Source: Wickerhamiella versatilis | Lineage: Eukaryota | Reading direction: 5' to 3' | NCBI GenBank assembly: GCA_030867685.1 | Contig: JAQOWU010000008.1 | Span: forward strand, 2,418,001-2,482,000 | Length of the DNA stretch: 64,000 nucleotides | In this document: positions 61,211 to 64,000 of the stretch, piece after piece | Layout: each line of letters opens with the position of its first letter | Position numbering within the stretch: the stretch's first letter is position 1 | The notes under the pieces: generated by a model | The model's input: the letters and a program-made list of their open reading frames with translations, nothing else | Database searches by the model: none | What the model was told of the DNA's origin: nothing | Position numbers and translations under genes: made by a program

Positions 61211-62998
61211 TTAAAAGTCCTCCTCTTCACTAGAAAAAGAATCGACGTCATCGTCGTCAGAGTCACTCTCACTCTCGTGGCTAACCTCTGCCCATTCGAT
61301 ATATTCTGGTGCTATGAATTTTCGTGCACCGCGCAATGTAAGGGGGTCGAATGGGAAGTAGGAATCAAGCTGTACAAATTCCTTTTGATCACTCCAGAGA
61401 ATAGAAGAACGGCCCGTATTATTCTTGTCGCTAATAATGGTCTCGTTAGATTGCCTCAACTTACCCAGACGGTTCTGCTCCATAATCGTAAAGCAATACG
61501 TTACATTTTCAGACCGAGCTATACGGGCAAACATGGCCACGACTGTGCTCTTGCAGTATTTGAGTGGATTGAACTTTGACGCTACAAGCCTTTCAAATAG
61601 CTTGTCTATGTCTCCCTCCCAGCCAACGCCATTTTCGCGCCTTAAGGATTCATGGCGAAAACAAAATATATAGAATAATGCCTGGACTGCAGAGTAAAAC
61701 ATACGAAAGCGTGCCATACTCTGTGCCGCATCAACCTCAATTTCTCGTTCAGAAGTATAGCGGGATAGCCAGGTACCCAGAAAACTGACTACGAAAACAA
61801 TTTGATTTCGACTCAGCCCACGCGATCGGGCCAGAAAGCTGGCAATATATTGCATGGCTTTTTGACGCAGACTTACAGCAGACTTAGGGTTTAGCGCTTC
61901 TTCAATTATAGCAGCAAGAAAAGCGTCCAATAAATCTTGGTGTGCGTGTGCTACATGGAAGATAATAAATTGAACTGCTCGTGTAGTATGTGTTGGCAGA
62001 ACAATATCTTTGAAGATATCTAAAAGCATGATAAATAATGGGGTAGCCTCACCACTGGCTACTTTTTCCGCTGTAAAGCGAATCTCTAGATAGCGAAGCA
62101 GATACACTACCAAGGCATCTAATTTGTCATGTTGCTGAAGAAAAGAAGTAGGGGATAGTTGTGTCTCTGTGACTTCCTCTCCCTCGATCAACGTGCCCTC
62201 TTCAATATGGCTCAAGCGTCTACGCTTTGAGGGTGGGGTCAAATTATCCTCGGATGAAGCTACTTCACCTTCGGACTCAGAGTCCCCATCTTCCTCGTCA
62301 GATTCGGATTCGGATTCGCCATCTGAATCAGACTCATCTTCATCATCACACTCAACATCAATTTGCATAACCTTTTCAATAATAAGTTGCCACACTACCC
62401 GGGCCTGCTCAGGAGCGTAGTCTAACAAGTGCAGTAAATTTGAAACATAATTTGTTGTTGCTTGAGTTGACTCCGTAGTATGCGGAAAGTTAACGGAGAG
62501 TATCTTACCCATTCGAGTTGAAGAGGTTGGGATGAGTTGCAAAATTCGCATAAGTACCGTATGCTGAGGCTGCGTTTCCTGTAATGGCAGCACAAATTTT
62601 TTCACAGAGCGACTAGCAATCTCACTCCACCATTGTGGGATTCCGCTAGCTAGAATCCCTAAGAAGCGAACAAATCCTTCAACTAGCGGGGTAGGAGAGC
62701 TGCCTCCCCATTTGACGTCGAGTAGGGCTTCAACTAGCGGCACAGCAGTAGGTGTATCCAATTTCGGTATGTTCTTGCATAATACTCGTAAAATTGGCAC
62801 TATTTCAGCTGTACCTCGTTCTATATCTGCAATAAGGGTCCTGACAGGCACTTGATTTCCAGGTAACTGATCTAAGGCGTGACGCACTGCGTGTTCGTAC
62901 ATAACTGCACTCTCTCCGACTTCATCTTTTGATATCTCTAATAAAGTATTTTTTGCATGAGCCAACGCTTCCCGTGAGGCGGTATCCAGCGCCATCAT
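61211..62998 (-). CDS. RRN3: RNA polymerase I initiation factor
   Basis: KLDALV, LPTH.TRAVQF, YIASFLAR, QALFYIFCFR, FNPLKYC and SYFPFDP; ATG at 62998 or 62995. Confidence 0.95.
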   Translation of the reverse strand: MMALDTASREALAHAKNTLLEISKDEVGESAVMYEHAVRHALDQLPGNQVPVRTLIADIERGTAEIVPILRVLCKNIPKLDTPTAVPLVEALLDVKWGGSSPTPLVEGFVRFLGILASGIPQWWSEIASRSVKKFVLPLQETQPQHTVLMRILQLIPTSSTRMGKILSVNFPHTTESTQATTNYVSNLLHLLDYAPEQARVVWQLIIEKVMQIDVECDDEDESDSDGESESESDEEDGDSESEGEVASSEDNLTPPSKRRRLSHIEEGTLIEGEEVTETQLSPTSFLQQHDKLDALVVYLLRYLEIRFTAEKVASGEATPLFIMLLDIFKDIVLPTHTTRAVQFIIFHVAHAHQDLLDAFLAAIIEEALNPKSAVSLRQKAMQYIASFLARSRGLSRNQIVFVVSFLGTWLSRYTSEREIEVDAAQSMARFRMFYSAVQALFYIFCFRHESLRRENGVGWEGDIDKLFERLVASKFNPLKYCKSTVVAMFARIARSENVTYCFTIMEQNRLGKLRQSNETIISDKNNTGRSSILWSDQKEFVQLDSYFPFDPLTLRGARKFIAPEYIEWAEVSHESESDSDDDDVDSFSSEEEDF

Positions 62999-63382
62999 TC
63001 GGTCCACACAGGCCTGCTGGGGGAATTAAATTTTTGTATGTCAGCAAAGTCTTTCACTCCAAAAGGGTTAGGAGCAAGTAACGCCCATACAGGCACCTCG
63101 AGGAGTAAAGAAAGTTCCAAGAAAACCAATTAGAACCATGAGCTATGAACAAAGTTCAGCAAATTGTTTTGTAATTGAAAGCCTTTTTTGCAGGCGGTGA
63201 GACCTCTTGGATAGCTGGCTCCAAAAAGTGCAAAAGTTCCCAAAACAATGAATATCATATCTAAATATTAACATAAAACAAACATAAAATGTAATTTAGT
63301 AATGCCGTGTTGAGAAATAACTCAACATTTTCGACCGCAAATCAAGTCGGTTGTGGAAGCTGACATAGAAAAGGCTACTTGG

Positions 63383-64000
63383 ATGCAGTACGTGGGTAGG
63401 GCCATTGGGTCTGTCTCCAAAACATGGAATAGCTTGAATCCATCAACTCTATCGGGCGCAATCGATGTGGTGGTGGTGGAGAGGCCAGATGGAGAGCTGC
63501 ACTGTTCAGCCTTTCACGTGCGCTTTGGCAAACTAAGTTTGCTGCAGCCCTCACAGAAGGGGGTGGATTTCTATGTGAATGGTAGGAAAGTGGATGTTCC
63601 AATGAAGCTAGGTGAAGGTGGCGAAGCCTTTTTCGTGGTCGAAACCCATGCGGACGTTCCCCAAGACTATCTGACGAGTCCCGTGGTATCTCCCGCGAAT
63701 AGTCCCGGAGCCTCACCCAAGGCGAATTCGGACGGCATGCATAGTGACGATGAGGTAGAATTTCTTGACATCAATGATGGAAAGCCTGAGCCCAAATTGC
63801 GGAAGCAGAATTTGCATAAACTGGATGAAATGGTGCAACGACTTTCAGAGGTGGATATATCGCCAGCTGCTAAGAATAATGGGGATGTGATTATGGATAT
63901 GACTGGTTATAAGCCTGATGAAGCAAATACACGGGTACTTGAAGAGGTAGTTGATGATATTTTTGATCATGATGCAGTGTCACCGGAAGACTCAGAAGGC
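63383..64000 (+). CDS. PAH1: Lipin / phosphatidate phosphatase, 3'-truncated by the window edge (absent from the ORF track)
   Basis: Manual translation gives MQYVGRAIGSVSKTWNSLNPSTLSGAIDVVVVE..CSAFHVRFGK..MKLGEGGEAFF, the N-LIP domain. Confidence 0.93.
   Translation, partial: MQYVGRAIGSVSKTWNSLNPSTLSGAIDVVVVERPDGELHCSAFHVRFGKLSLLQPSQKGVDFYVNGRKVDVPMKLGEGGEAFFVVETHADVPQDYLTSPVVSPANSPGASPKANSDGMHSDDEVEFLDINDGKPEPKLRKQNLHKLDEMVQRLSEVDISPAAKNNGDVIMDMTGYKPDEANTRVLEEVVDDIFDHDAVSPEDSEG

Noticed and set aside
63375-63716. 113-aa minus-strand ORF
   Set aside because: It is antisense to the PAH1 N-terminus on the + strand.
1-64000. Transposons, CRISPR arrays, rRNA, telomeric arrays or a bacterial-derived operon
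   Set aside because: I saw no transposase/RT ORFs, LTRs, spaced repeats or runs of bacterial-like genes; CCCTAA motifs occur only as one or two promoter copies.

Overview
A very compact, intron-poor region of a budding-yeast (Saccharomycotina) chromosome. It uses the standard code: CTG encodes conserved Leu, e.g. in SSB1. A complex I accessory subunit, an LSD1-type demethylase and an acid sphingomyelinase point to an early-diverging lineage such as Wickerhamiella/Starmerella or Yarrowia relatives (inference only). The window holds about 45 protein-coding genes, mostly housekeeping: ARG3, TRL1, ATP17, KAP123, RAD23, UTP22, PSF3, DUT1, SSB1, NUT1/MED5, TMA19, RPL9, RPS16, RPP1, RPS26, ADI1, SIP5, HAC1, RRN3 and PAH1. 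There is one intron-containing tRNA-Pro(AGG) and one clear spliceosomal intron. No transposons, CRISPR arrays or rRNA were seen. The strongest unannotated structure is the HAC1 RNA system: two Ire1-type splice hairpins define a 123-nt unconventional intron with internal hairpins, and splicing gives a new 53-aa acidic C-terminus. A 3'-UTR bipartite element and a possible uORF/dual-TATA leader accompany it. Also notable are an LSD1 homologue with Arg in place of the catalytic Lys, a five-copy peptide repeat on the LETM1/Mdm38 tail, a tandem TTAGGGC motif in ribosomal protein promoters, and a candidate structured ncRNA at about 15.3-15.7 kb. All calls come from reading the sequence and recalling family motifs; no searches or folding programs were run.
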